A stretch of 30,986 nucleotides of DNA from a virus (taxonomy: Duplodnaviria; Caudoviricetes), in the IMG/VR virus record IMGVR_UViG_3300017902_000317, positions 1 to 30,986 of that record; one strand, written 5' to 3'. The translations under genes and the position numbers were made by a program. Below are positions 1 to 9,388 of this stretch, in pieces. The notes under the pieces are model-generated. The model searched no databases and was not told the DNA's origin. It worked only from the letters and a program-made list of their open reading frames with translations. The stretch's first letter is position 1; each line of letters opens with the position of its first letter.

Positions 1-384
1 GAAGACATCATGGAACTGAGAATTGAATTCAACAAAGACCTAGCACACAATCGTGTTCCACTGAGTATAAATTATCTTAGATTCCCACCGCACTTACAAT
101 GCACACTGTTAGACCCTGTGACTAGAGTTTCATATGCTTCTGATATTGAAAATCTTGCAGAGTCTTGGTTGAAGTATTCTTCACCAGATAAGTTTGCTAG
201 AATATATCTTGAGGAGTTTGATCAGATACAGAGGTTCTGTGAGTATTTGCGTATGACCCCAACTGCCACAAAATATAGGGCAGACTTTGTAAAATTTATC
301 AAAGAGTATGACGGTCGCCGGGACAAAAACTTTAGCGAAACTTTTGTGGAGTTTGCACATTTATTGGAGGATTGGGATGAGTAA
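1..384 (+). CDS. C-terminal part of a Twitch-type radical SAM protein (truncated by the window start)
   Basis: Frame is open from base 1. SINYLRFPPHL and DFVKFIKEYDGRRDKNFSETFVEF align with the C-terminus of the 591-2096 paralog (SVNLLRFPSFQ; DFKTFYAQYDERRNL). The CxxxCxxC motif is not visible in the window. Confidence 0.8.
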   Translation, partial: EDIMELRIEFNKDLAHNRVPLSINYLRFPPHLQCTLLDPVTRVSYASDIENLAESWLKYSSPDKFARIYLEEFDQIQRFCEYLRMTPTATKYRADFVKFIKEYDGRRDKNFSETFVEFAHLLEDWDE

Positions 385-604
385 AAAATACATTCATGTA
401 AACATGCACAAAATTCGTGCTAATAAAAAACATGGAACAAACGAACCTGTTCTTACAGTAAAAGAGGGAAGAAAAAATACTTATGGTCATAGTGTAAAGA
501 TACATGGCCCAAGTGAAGTAATATATGGTGGGAATGATAAACCATTGTTACCCTGTGGGGCAAGAGTTGTTATAATGACAGAAGCGGAGATTGAAATTGA
601 ATAA
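377..604 (+). CDS. Small phage hypothetical protein (MSKKYIHVNMHKIRANKKHG...LPCGARVVIMTE)
   Basis: ATG at 377 follows GGAGG and overlaps the upstream stop, so it is a better start than 308. The sequence resembles small proteins seen in marine phages. Confidence 0.75.
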   Translation: MSKKYIHVNMHKIRANKKHGTNEPVLTVKEGRKNTYGHSVKIHGPSEVIYGGNDKPLLPCGARVVIMTEAEIEIE

Positions 605-2096
605 AGAATTCGATTTGATAAAGTATCGCCAAGACATCCTTGATACAAAGTCAAAAAGTTTCTGTGGTGCGAAGTGGTATAATGCCACCACTTGGTTGGG
701 AAGTGGGACTACTGCTTCTTGTCACCACCCACCAGCACACAAGATTCCACTGGAAGAAATCAAAGTAGACCCGTCTGCGATTCATAACACCCGTCACAAG
801 AAAGCAATGCGTAAGATGATGCAACGTGGTGAACGTCCACGGGAGTGTGAGTATTGTTGGAAGGTTGAAGACATGGAGACTGATGCGGTCTCTGATAGAG
901 TGTTCAAGTCTATCATCTATACAAATGAAGATTTGAAGAAAGCGCACGAGATGGATCACAACGAAAGTGTTGATCTAAAAACATTTGAGATTGCTTTTGA
1001 TAGGACATGTCAGTTGGCTTGTTCTTATTGTAACGCATCGTTCTCTACAACGTGGGCAAAGGATATTACAAAGAACGGTGCCTATCAGAACATGGTGTCT
1101 GATGGTGCTGCTGCGTTTCAACAAGATGGTGCGTGGGCAGAACCATATGCAAAGGACGAAGAAAATCCATACATCAAAGCATTTTGGGATTGGTGGGAAG
1201 AAGGACTCTCTGAGAGTTTAGAAGAACTGCGTATTACTGGTGGAGAACCATTGATGTCCAATCAGGTGTGGAAATTGTTTGATTGGTTCAACAACAATGA
1301 TAGTGATATGAGATTTGCAATCAATTCAAATCTGATGGCAAAAGACAGTCTTATTGATAAACTGATTGAGAAAAGTGAGGGCATTGATAATCTTCACATA
1401 TACACATCTTGCGAGGCAACTGGATTGCAGGCAGATTATATTCGTGACGGACTTCATTATGATACATGGAAAAAGAACATGTATAAAGTCATGGACTATG
1501 GCAATCTAAAAGGTTTGAACATAATGATGACAATCAATAGTCTCTGCCTTTTCAGTATTACAGAATTTCTTGATGACGTATATAAGATGAAGATTCATAC
1601 TGGAACAAAGGCTCCTGTTGTTAGTGTAAACCTGTTGCGGTTCCCAAGTTTCCAATCACCTCTTGCACTACCAGATCATATCAAAGATTACTTGCGAGAG
1701 AAATTAGAAACGTGGTATAATGAAGTAAAGGATCAACCACTATGGCATGATTTTGAAAAGGCAAGTATTGAAAGATTGATTGACTATCTTATAACAGTTG
1801 ATGCACCCCATAGACGAACCAGTGACAAGACAACTTTGTGGAGAGACTTCAAAACGTTTTATGCACAGTATGATGAAAGACGAAACTTGTCTCTGGGTGT
1901 GTTTCCAAAAATCTTAACCGATTGGGTTGATACTATACCAGACACAGAAACTATTCCTGTGAGTCTTGTCGATGGTGATAGCACCAAACAGTATGCAGAT
2001 GATCCAGACTTGAAAAAGATTGCAGATGAAGAAGGATGGGTATTGAAACCAGATAATAAAAACATAGATATACCTCTTGGAGATTATGACAAATGA
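591..2096 (+). CDS. Radical SAM protein with N-terminal Twitch/SPASM-like domain (CHH variant)
   Basis: CQLACSYC (CxxxCxxC) and TGGEP motifs; N-terminal FCGAKW...SCHH...CEYC. TTG start after GCGGAG. Confidence 0.9.
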   Translation: MKLNKEFDLIKYRQDILDTKSKSFCGAKWYNATTWLGSGTTASCHHPPAHKIPLEEIKVDPSAIHNTRHKKAMRKMMQRGERPRECEYCWKVEDMETDAVSDRVFKSIIYTNEDLKKAHEMDHNESVDLKTFEIAFDRTCQLACSYCNASFSTTWAKDITKNGAYQNMVSDGAAAFQQDGAWAEPYAKDEENPYIKAFWDWWEEGLSESLEELRITGGEPLMSNQVWKLFDWFNNNDSDMRFAINSNLMAKDSLIDKLIEKSEGIDNLHIYTSCEATGLQADYIRDGLHYDTWKKNMYKVMDYGNLKGLNIMMTINSLCLFSITEFLDDVYKMKIHTGTKAPVVSVNLLRFPSFQSPLALPDHIKDYLREKLETWYNEVKDQPLWHDFEKASIERLIDYLITVDAPHRRTSDKTTLWRDFKTFYAQYDERRNLSLGVFPKILTDWVDTIPDTETIPVSLVDGDSTKQYADDPDLKKIADEEGWVLKPDNKNIDIPLGDYDK

Positions 2097-2527
2097 AAAT
2101 CTTAATCTTTGGACTGCCTGGCTCAGGTAAGACTACTCTAGCAAGAGAGTTATCATATCACTTCTTGTTACCGCACCACAATGCTGATGTATACAGAGAG
2201 AAGTTTATTGATTGGGATTTTACGCATAGAGGCAGAGAACGTCAAGCGTTTCGTATGTCACGACAGTGGGGAATCCTAGACTTTGTTTGTCCGACAAACG
2301 AATTCCGAAACATAGTAAATCCAGACTACACTATCTTTATGAACACGATACATGAAGGTAGATTTGAGGATACAAACAAATTGTTTGAACAACCTATATC
2401 GTGTGATTGTGAGATAAAAAAATGGATAGAACCAAACCAACTACGCAACTCCTTGGCAGATTTCAACCGTGGCATAGAGGGCATACAGAACTTTTTGAAA
2501 GAGCGATTGAACACACTGGCCAAGTAG
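2093..2527 (+). CDS. Adenylylsulfate-kinase-like P-loop kinase
   Basis: Walker A GLPGSGKTT, followed by NAD..R, DWDF...GR.RQ and DFVCP motifs typical of phage CysC-like proteins. ATGA overlap with the upstream gene. Confidence 0.8.
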   Translation: MKILIFGLPGSGKTTLARELSYHFLLPHHNADVYREKFIDWDFTHRGRERQAFRMSRQWGILDFVCPTNEFRNIVNPDYTIFMNTIHEGRFEDTNKLFEQPISCDCEIKKWIEPNQLRNSLADFNRGIEGIQNFLKERLNTLAK

Positions 2528-2817
2528 TTATCATGTTACGGGAAACGGAAGAAAGTGAAACCGACCCGTTGACCTTTGAAGAACGAAAAGCAATTATTAT
2601 AAGACACCTAGCAGAGCGAGGATATGAACACAAGATATTGTATGAGATTATCAGTGTTCCAAATATCACCCATATTACATATGGTAGAAATGTTGGTTAC
2701 AAAATAGAAAAGGAAGAACTCGGAGAAGAATTGGAAAAGATATCTGGAACAGAAGAAAGGACTACTTTTTCTACGTTGCGTGACTACTGGACAAGGGGCG
2801 GCCGCCACCACCCATGA
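2422..2817 (+). CDS. Cytidylyltransferase/NMN-adenylyltransferase-like nucleotidyltransferase (HxGH family)
   Basis: LGRFQPWHRGH signature, plus P.TFEER and ISGT..R motifs. Overlaps the kinase by 106 nt in the -1 frame. Confidence 0.85.
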   Translation: MDRTKPTTQLLGRFQPWHRGHTELFERAIEHTGQVVIMLRETEESETDPLTFEERKAIIIRHLAERGYEHKILYEIISVPNITHITYGRNVGYKIEKEELGEELEKISGTEERTTFSTLRDYWTRGGRHHP

Positions 2818-4106
2818 AGTATTTCTGTGCAGCACCGTGGACTCATACATACGTTTCCCCACAAGGTGAACGTAGACTTTGCTGTGCTAGCAGAGAAGAA
2901 GCATCTTTTCAAAAACAGTATATTGATAGTGGAACCGCAGAGGGAAAGTTTGAACCAGTATCACTAGAAGAACACTGGAACAGTAACTACATGAAAGATA
3001 TTCGCAAGAGAATGTTGAACGGAGAAAAACTGTCGCAGTGTGATGTATGTAACGATCAGATATTGAACTTACACACATATAGAAAATACTTTACTGAGAC
3101 ATTGTTCCCACACAAGGTGGATGATCTTGTTGCAAATACAAAAGAGGATGGACACTATGATCCGATGCCCATCTCTTATGATTATCGTATATCTAACCTA
3201 TGCAACTTCAAATGCCGTATGTGTGGTGAACAATTGTCCTCTAGTTGGGAGACAGAAAAAAAGAAGTATGATCTTATTGATGTAAAACAAGAACCGTGGT
3301 TAGAACCAAATACAAGAAAGTCTATTTCTAAATTTCAAGTAGAAGTATTGGAAGAAGAACTTCAACGTGCCGTTGATAATAAAACGATTGAGGAGATTTA
3401 TTGGGTTGGTGGTGAACCACTGATGTTTGAACGTCACTGGACTATCATGCAACAACTGGTTGACAATGGACATGCAAAGAATGTAACGGTTCGATATAAT
3501 ACGAATCTGAGTCGAGTCAAATACAAAGACTACAATCTGTGGGACATGTTACCACACTTCAAGAATGTAAACATATGTGCCAGTATTGATGGCGCCTATG
3601 AGGTAGGTGAATTCATCCGTGATGGGTTGAAGTGGGACGAGTGGATACAGAACTTTGAGTCTGGTATGTTTCTTATAGACCAGTTTGGTGATGATGCGAT
3701 GGTGTTCGATGTAACTCTTACAACGCCAGGCCTACTTCACTTGAAAGACCTTTTTGATGTAGCATGGGAACTTGATGTAAAATCATACTTCAAGTTCACT
3801 TTTGCATTTGATCCGTCTGTTGTAATGAGTCCGATGTGTTTACCAAAGAGTGTATCTAAACCACTGTGTGAAGATATGATATCATACTTTGAAAAAAAGA
3901 AGACATGGAAGAATAGAGTATACATAGAATCTTTGAAGAACCTGATAAATAGAAAATCCTTTGATGAAGAATGGCCTGATACATATAGTGATGCTTTAAA
4001 ACGTGGAAAGGAATTCCAACAATTTTTAGATAAGATAAGAAACACAAAATTAACTTTTGAGGACACTCTCTATGGTAATGCCTTGGAGTGGTGGAATAAT
4101 ATATGA
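2814..4106 (+). CDS. Radical SAM protein with N-terminal Twitch/SPASM-like domain
   Basis: CNFKCRMC, VGGEP, YNTN and SIDG motifs; N-terminal FCAAPW...LCC...CDVC. Confidence 0.92.
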   Translation: MKYFCAAPWTHTYVSPQGERRLCCASREEASFQKQYIDSGTAEGKFEPVSLEEHWNSNYMKDIRKRMLNGEKLSQCDVCNDQILNLHTYRKYFTETLFPHKVDDLVANTKEDGHYDPMPISYDYRISNLCNFKCRMCGEQLSSSWETEKKKYDLIDVKQEPWLEPNTRKSISKFQVEVLEEELQRAVDNKTIEEIYWVGGEPLMFERHWTIMQQLVDNGHAKNVTVRYNTNLSRVKYKDYNLWDMLPHFKNVNICASIDGAYEVGEFIRDGLKWDEWIQNFESGMFLIDQFGDDAMVFDVTLTTPGLLHLKDLFDVAWELDVKSYFKFTFAFDPSVVMSPMCLPKSVSKPLCEDMISYFEKKKTWKNRVYIESLKNLINRKSFDEEWPDTYSDALKRGKEFQQFLDKIRNTKLTFEDTLYGNALEWWNNI

Positions 4107-5368
4107 GTGATACTTTTTGCCCATTACCGTGGAACCACTTAGCAACACACCCACATGGTGTTTGCACTCTTTGTTGTGAGTCTGAACAGACTGATGGAAT
4201 GTCTCAGGCTTTTAATGACACTGTGCCAAGAACTTTGGTGTCACTTCAGACCGTAGACGATTTTTCTGAGATCACAAACTCAGATAGTTTTAGTCGTGTT
4301 AGAAAACAAATGTTGAATGGAGAGAAACCAAAAGAGTGCCGTAAGTGTTGGGACTTGGAAAGTGTTGGCGTAAAGAGTAAACGATATTATGAAAGTCGCA
4401 GGGTTCCTATGGATGTTGATCACGCAAGATCAATTACAAACGAAGACGGGACTCTCAAAGAAGTAGAGTATGAATTTGTCGAGTTGCGATTAGGCAACCA
4501 TTGTAACGTTCAGTGTCGAACATGTAATCCATATTCAAGTTCTAGGTGGAACAAAGAGTGGGATGTTATCTATCCAGAGAGACCGGCACTACCGAATCTT
4601 ATGACCCAGAGTAATTTTAACTGGCCTTTAGATCAAGGGTTCTGGGATAAACTTATCAAACGATGTGACAAATTAAAGGTGTTGTATATTAATGGCGGCG
4701 AACCGTTTATTGTTGACAAACACATGGACTTTCTTTCTACCCTTGTTGATAGGGGGTTGTCAAAAAATGTGGAGATTGTTTACTCTACAAATTGCACTGT
4801 CATAAACAAAAATTACGAAAACATCTGGAAGAAGTTCAAACACATTCAATTTATGTTGTCTATTGATGATGTTGGTGAAAGGAATGAATACATAAGAACT
4901 TATACAAAGTGGCCAAAGGTGTTGGAGTTTGTTGATTGGATGATGAGTATGTCTGCCCGATTCAAAAATATCAATTATAATATCTTACAAACCGTGTCCA
5001 CATATAATGTTTATTATATACCAGAGTTTTATGATTTCTTCAAGGACAAAGTGCCACTGATAGGTCATCCTCTGGAAGATGACTCGTTGCATATTGGTCA
5101 CAACTTTGTAAATGATCCAGAACACTTTGATTGTAGGATACTCCCGAAAGAAGTGCAAGATACAATCGTAAAAAGATTGGAGGGGTATCAGGGATATAAT
5201 GATATCAAAAACTATTTCAGTGTTGATGGTGAAAGTAGATGGGGCGGTGCGGTGCATGGCAGTATGAAAACATTCTTTGAGAAGACTCGTGCGATGGACG
5301 GTCTTAGAAACCAATCTTTTGAGGAGACCTTTCCTGAGTTGTATGAACTGGTGAAGGAATATGAGTAA
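4103..5368 (+). CDS. Radical SAM protein with N-terminal Twitch/SPASM-like domain
   Basis: CNVQCRTC, NGGEP, YSTN and SIDD motifs; N-terminal FCPLPW...LCC...CRKC. Confidence 0.92.
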   Translation: MSDTFCPLPWNHLATHPHGVCTLCCESEQTDGMSQAFNDTVPRTLVSLQTVDDFSEITNSDSFSRVRKQMLNGEKPKECRKCWDLESVGVKSKRYYESRRVPMDVDHARSITNEDGTLKEVEYEFVELRLGNHCNVQCRTCNPYSSSRWNKEWDVIYPERPALPNLMTQSNFNWPLDQGFWDKLIKRCDKLKVLYINGGEPFIVDKHMDFLSTLVDRGLSKNVEIVYSTNCTVINKNYENIWKKFKHIQFMLSIDDVGERNEYIRTYTKWPKVLEFVDWMMSMSARFKNINYNILQTVSTYNVYYIPEFYDFFKDKVPLIGHPLEDDSLHIGHNFVNDPEHFDCRILPKEVQDTIVKRLEGYQGYNDIKNYFSVDGESRWGGAVHGSMKTFFEKTRAMDGLRNQSFEETFPELYELVKEYE

Positions 5369-6608
5369 AAAGGTTAGTGACCCTATCAAACTAAAAATCA
5401 AGAACGACAACCTTTGTATCATACCTTGGGTTCATTTACACACATGGCCAAATGGATCAACATACCCTTGTTGTATGACTCCGATGGAACATATCGCTGG
5501 TGACTTGAACAAACAGTCAGTAGAGGAGATATACAACAGCGATTTGATCAAGAAGCTTCGTTTGGAGATGCTGGACAACAAGAGACCAGAGAGTTGTTCT
5601 CGTTGTTACGTTCAAGAAGATTGCGGCGCACATTCGTTTCGCATGAGTGCAAACAGAGACTTCAATGGGCATGAAGATTTAGTAGACTCCACCAATCCAG
5701 ATGGTTCGGTTGATGAGACTCGGTTGGTGTATTGGGATTTTCGTTTTTCTAACATTTGCAATTTCAAATGCCGAAGTTGTGGCCCACAGTTGAGCACTGG
5801 TTGGTATGGTGATACAAAGAAGATTGCAGAGATGGAAACTGGTGAGAAGTTTTTACCCAAAGACATTCCCACTGAAGTGCATTTTGATTTGTGGGAACAG
5901 ATACAACCATACTTTGATGATGTAGAAATTATCTACTTTGCCGGTGGAGAACCTTTGATCATGGAGGAACACTATCGCATCTTGAAGAAACTTGATGAGA
6001 TGGGAAGACATGATGTTGAGATAAGATACAATACTAATTTCAGTGAGATGCGATATAAGGATTTGCACGTTCTGGAGTATTGGCCTAAATTCAAAAACGT
6101 AAGTGTTGGTGCTAGTATTGATGGCATGTTTGCACAAGGTGAACTTATTAGAAGTGGATTCAAGTGGAAACAGTTTTATGATAACCGAAGAAAGATGCAG
6201 GAGTTGTGCCCGCATGTTGACTTTTATGTAAACTGCACAGTGAGTGTTCAGAATGCTTATCACGTTATCCCCTTTCATCATAAACTTGACACACTGAATT
6301 TGATTGATGGGTTGGATAAGTTTCATGTAAACCCTGTCATGGAACCGCCGCACTTGAGTCTTCCTATATTGTTAGATACCATGAAACAGGAGTTGTCAGA
6401 TAAGTATGACGAACATGTTGAGTTATTAGAAGCTTGTGGATTTCATGCTGTTGCAAATGATTTTAAATCTTTGCGTGATTTTATGAACTCCGAAAACAAA
6501 CAAGACTTGATACCAGTATTCTTGTCAAAAATGCAGACCCTTGATATAATCAGAAACGAGAACTTTTTTAGAACCTTTCCAGAATTAAGTGAGTTAAAAA
6601 ATGGATAA
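5361..6608 (+). CDS. Radical SAM protein with N-terminal Twitch/SPASM-like domain
   Basis: CNFKCRSC, AGGEP, YNTN and SIDG motifs; N-terminal LCIIPW...PCC...CSRC. Confidence 0.92.
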   Translation: MSKKVSDPIKLKIKNDNLCIIPWVHLHTWPNGSTYPCCMTPMEHIAGDLNKQSVEEIYNSDLIKKLRLEMLDNKRPESCSRCYVQEDCGAHSFRMSANRDFNGHEDLVDSTNPDGSVDETRLVYWDFRFSNICNFKCRSCGPQLSTGWYGDTKKIAEMETGEKFLPKDIPTEVHFDLWEQIQPYFDDVEIIYFAGGEPLIMEEHYRILKKLDEMGRHDVEIRYNTNFSEMRYKDLHVLEYWPKFKNVSVGASIDGMFAQGELIRSGFKWKQFYDNRRKMQELCPHVDFYVNCTVSVQNAYHVIPFHHKLDTLNLIDGLDKFHVNPVMEPPHLSLPILLDTMKQELSDKYDEHVELLEACGFHAVANDFKSLRDFMNSENKQDLIPVFLSKMQTLDIIRNENFFRTFPELSELKNG

Positions 6609-7770
6609 GATTTGTATTTTGCCTTGGATTCATACCGAGTTTACAACAGAGGGAACTGCAAAACCTTGTTGTTTATATCGTGGTGATCCTATGGGCAACT
6701 TGAAAGAGGAAAGTCTTCTTGATATATGGCATGGAGAAAAGTATAACAATCTCCGCCAAGAATTTCGTGATGGAAAACAACCAAAGGGTTGTGCCATGTG
6801 TTGGCAGAACGAAGATGCTGGATACAAATCAAAAAGATTACAGGACAACGAGAAATTTATTTCTCACTGGCAAAAAACACACGAGAAAGTTCCCTCGCCT
6901 CCAGTTTATCTTGACTTGAAGTTTGGCACTCTTTGTAATCTTAAATGTCGGTCATGCGGTAGTGTAAATTCATCTAGCTGGAAGACTGACGAAAAGTTAA
7001 TTTATGGTAGAGTCCTTGATAATAAAGATGCGTTGTGGGTCAAAAAGAATCCAGACATCTGGGACGAACTTGATAAGATCATGCCTACCGTAGAGCATAT
7101 GGATTTTACTGGCGGTGAGCCGTTTATGATAGAACAACACTTTGATCTGTTAAGACATGCGGTAGAGTCTGGGTATGCAAAGAACATTTCTATTCATTAT
7201 AATACAAACGGAACCATACAACCACCCAAAGAAATTTTTGATCTGTGGAAAGAGTTCAAGCACTGTGAAGTGATGTTCAGTATTGATGGCATATTCAAAA
7301 AATTTGAATACATTCGCAGTGGTGCAGTATGGGATGAAGTGTGGGCCAACTTCAATCACTTTAAGTCCCATGAATTTTTGAGTATACAGATATGTCACAC
7401 CGTTAGTATTTTCAATGCTTACTACCTTGAAGAATTTGTAAACAAGTTTGAGGGAACAAACATTTATTTCAATCTGTTGCACTTTCCTAGACAGTATTGT
7501 ATTAGGAACATGCCAGATTACTGCAAAGAGAAGGTTCGTGAAAAAATTATAAATATACCAGACGCTGATGCCATTGTGAACTTTATGATGCAAGGGGCAG
7601 AGTTTGATCATTTAGACCTTGGGTTTTTTCCAGTGACGGAAAAACTTGATAAGGTGAGAGAAGAAGACTACAGCAAAACGTTTGCTGAATTTTATGAGAT
7701 ATTGATAGATGGCGGAATCAGAAACAGACCTTGGGAGAATCCAGACCTTATTAGAGCGGGTTCTGTTTGA
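6601..7770 (+). CDS. Radical SAM protein with N-terminal Twitch/SPASM-like domain
   Basis: CNLKCRSC, TGGEP, YNTNG and SIDG motifs; N-terminal ICILPW...PCC...CAMC. Confidence 0.92.
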   Translation: MDKICILPWIHTEFTTEGTAKPCCLYRGDPMGNLKEESLLDIWHGEKYNNLRQEFRDGKQPKGCAMCWQNEDAGYKSKRLQDNEKFISHWQKTHEKVPSPPVYLDLKFGTLCNLKCRSCGSVNSSSWKTDEKLIYGRVLDNKDALWVKKNPDIWDELDKIMPTVEHMDFTGGEPFMIEQHFDLLRHAVESGYAKNISIHYNTNGTIQPPKEIFDLWKEFKHCEVMFSIDGIFKKFEYIRSGAVWDEVWANFNHFKSHEFLSIQICHTVSIFNAYYLEEFVNKFEGTNIYFNLLHFPRQYCIRNMPDYCKEKVREKIINIPDADAIVNFMMQGAEFDHLDLGFFPVTEKLDKVREEDYSKTFAEFYEILIDGGIRNRPWENPDLIRAGSV

Positions 7771-9388
7771 GGTCGAATCTCTTAGAGATGAATTAAAAAT
7801 AAAAAATGTAAATCCCCAGACATTCCGATCTGGGCCTCCTATCATTTGGTATGATAAACTTCCACCCAGAGAACAAGAGTGGAATCCTGCCAACATGCCT
7901 AAGAATACCCTTCACCGAAAAAACAATGTTGTTTTTGGAACAACTGACATTCCATACTACTACGAGAAACTTGGACTTTCATTTGAGATAAAAGATTTTC
8001 GTGATTGGAATGAATCCTATGCAAACGAAAATAATCTCTACTTTATTGAGATGACTCAGGTTCATATGGGTATGGACGGTATGTTTGAATATATTGACCC
8101 AGCAGTTCTTGAATTGGTTAGACGGTATAAAATGGGAATGGTATGGTTCTTCCCCCATGAAGGATTTAGTTTTGATGCCTTGAGAGATGGTAATGAAAAG
8201 GGATGGTTGGATAGACTTGTAGAACTTTTTATTCAATACGACATATGGCATGGTCACCACTTCTTAGTATACAACGATCTAAATGCCGCAGAAAACTTTG
8301 CGAGATGGAAAACAGCTAGACCAGATATTCCTTTTAAATTCAAAAAAGTGTTTGGGTTTAATTTTTTCCATGAACATTATTGGAGAGAGTATGTTGATAG
8401 GACTTGTTGGAGATACAATCCAGTAAATGAAGATAAGGGGTATCGGGAATATCCTTCATTTGGTGACTGGCAATGTTCTGTCTATCGTAATGCTTACATT
8501 CAAGTAGAAGATATACCAAAAGAAGTTGTCTCTGAAGCACAACCACACGAATACGGTGGACATCAGTTGACTTGGATGGGTGAATACCAAGATATAAAAC
8601 TTGATGAGGTTCTTGATGTTATACCACCCCCAGAGGCCAAAGATCGTGATTTACTTTGTCATAATGCAAGAGTAAGAAGTCACAGACCTGTTATTGTTTC
8701 AGAGTTGCACAGATTGGGATATAACAACGACAATTCTTTTATTAGTTTTTTGGGGAGAGATCAGGATTTACTACATGTAAACAATTGGAAGGATCAGTGT
8801 TTTGAATCAGCTGATATAAACCAATGGACTAGTAGGGTAAAAAATTCTCAGAGTAATTTATTTAACTACGATATGCAGAAAGAATACTTTTATAAATTTT
8901 GGCACAAAAATGAAGTTATTCATACCGATAGAAATACTCAAGAAGTAGATAAAGATGATAGAGCAATTCCCGTTGATCAATATGAAAGAAGTTTTTTTGC
9001 GTTGGTATCAGAAACTTTATTTGGTGACCCAGGCGATACCGATTGTTTACAGTTGACTGAGAAGATATACAAGGCAATTGCATATAGGATTCCTTTTATG
9101 GTTGTTGGTTCTGCTGGCACACTTCAACAACTGAGAGATCAGGGATACGAAACTTTTCCTGAGATGTTTGATGAATCCTATGATAGTATGCAGAACCCTC
9201 GTAAAAGGATGCAGGCGATCATTGATAATCTTGAGAAGTGGAGGATGCAGACACAACAAGAGAAAAGGAGAGTATACCAATCTGTCATCCCTAAAATTTA
9301 CAGGAACTATCAACACTTTCTTGGTTGCACTGATGTTAGAATAAAAGAGGGTAAGAAAGTATTTGAGGAACTAACTCTATGGACGTAA
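7709..9388 (+). CDS. Hypothetical protein with a putative glycosyltransferase-like C-terminal domain (GT10/GT-B-like)
   Basis: 559-aa ORF. FALVSET...LTEKIYKAIAYRIPFMVVG...GYETF..MFDESYD resembles the F.L.FEN...Y.TEK...A...P nucleotide-sugar-binding motif of GT10. The CDS is solid; the function is inferred. Confidence 0.6.
   Translation: MAESETDLGRIQTLLERVLFEVESLRDELKIKNVNPQTFRSGPPIIWYDKLPPREQEWNPANMPKNTLHRKNNVVFGTTDIPYYYEKLGLSFEIKDFRDWNESYANENNLYFIEMTQVHMGMDGMFEYIDPAVLELVRRYKMGMVWFFPHEGFSFDALRDGNEKGWLDRLVELFIQYDIWHGHHFLVYNDLNAAENFARWKTARPDIPFKFKKVFGFNFFHEHYWREYVDRTCWRYNPVNEDKGYREYPSFGDWQCSVYRNAYIQVEDIPKEVVSEAQPHEYGGHQLTWMGEYQDIKLDEVLDVIPPPEAKDRDLLCHNARVRSHRPVIVSELHRLGYNNDNSFISFLGRDQDLLHVNNWKDQCFESADINQWTSRVKNSQSNLFNYDMQKEYFYKFWHKNEVIHTDRNTQEVDKDDRAIPVDQYERSFFALVSETLFGDPGDTDCLQLTEKIYKAIAYRIPFMVVGSAGTLQQLRDQGYETFPEMFDESYDSMQNPRKRMQAIIDNLEKWRMQTQQEKRRVYQSVIPKIYRNYQHFLGCTDVRIKEGKKVFEELTLWT

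Noticed and set aside
2797-2806. GC-rich palindrome GGCGGCCGCC before a radical SAM start
   Set aside because: Single occurrence within coding sequence, with no further support for a regulatory role.
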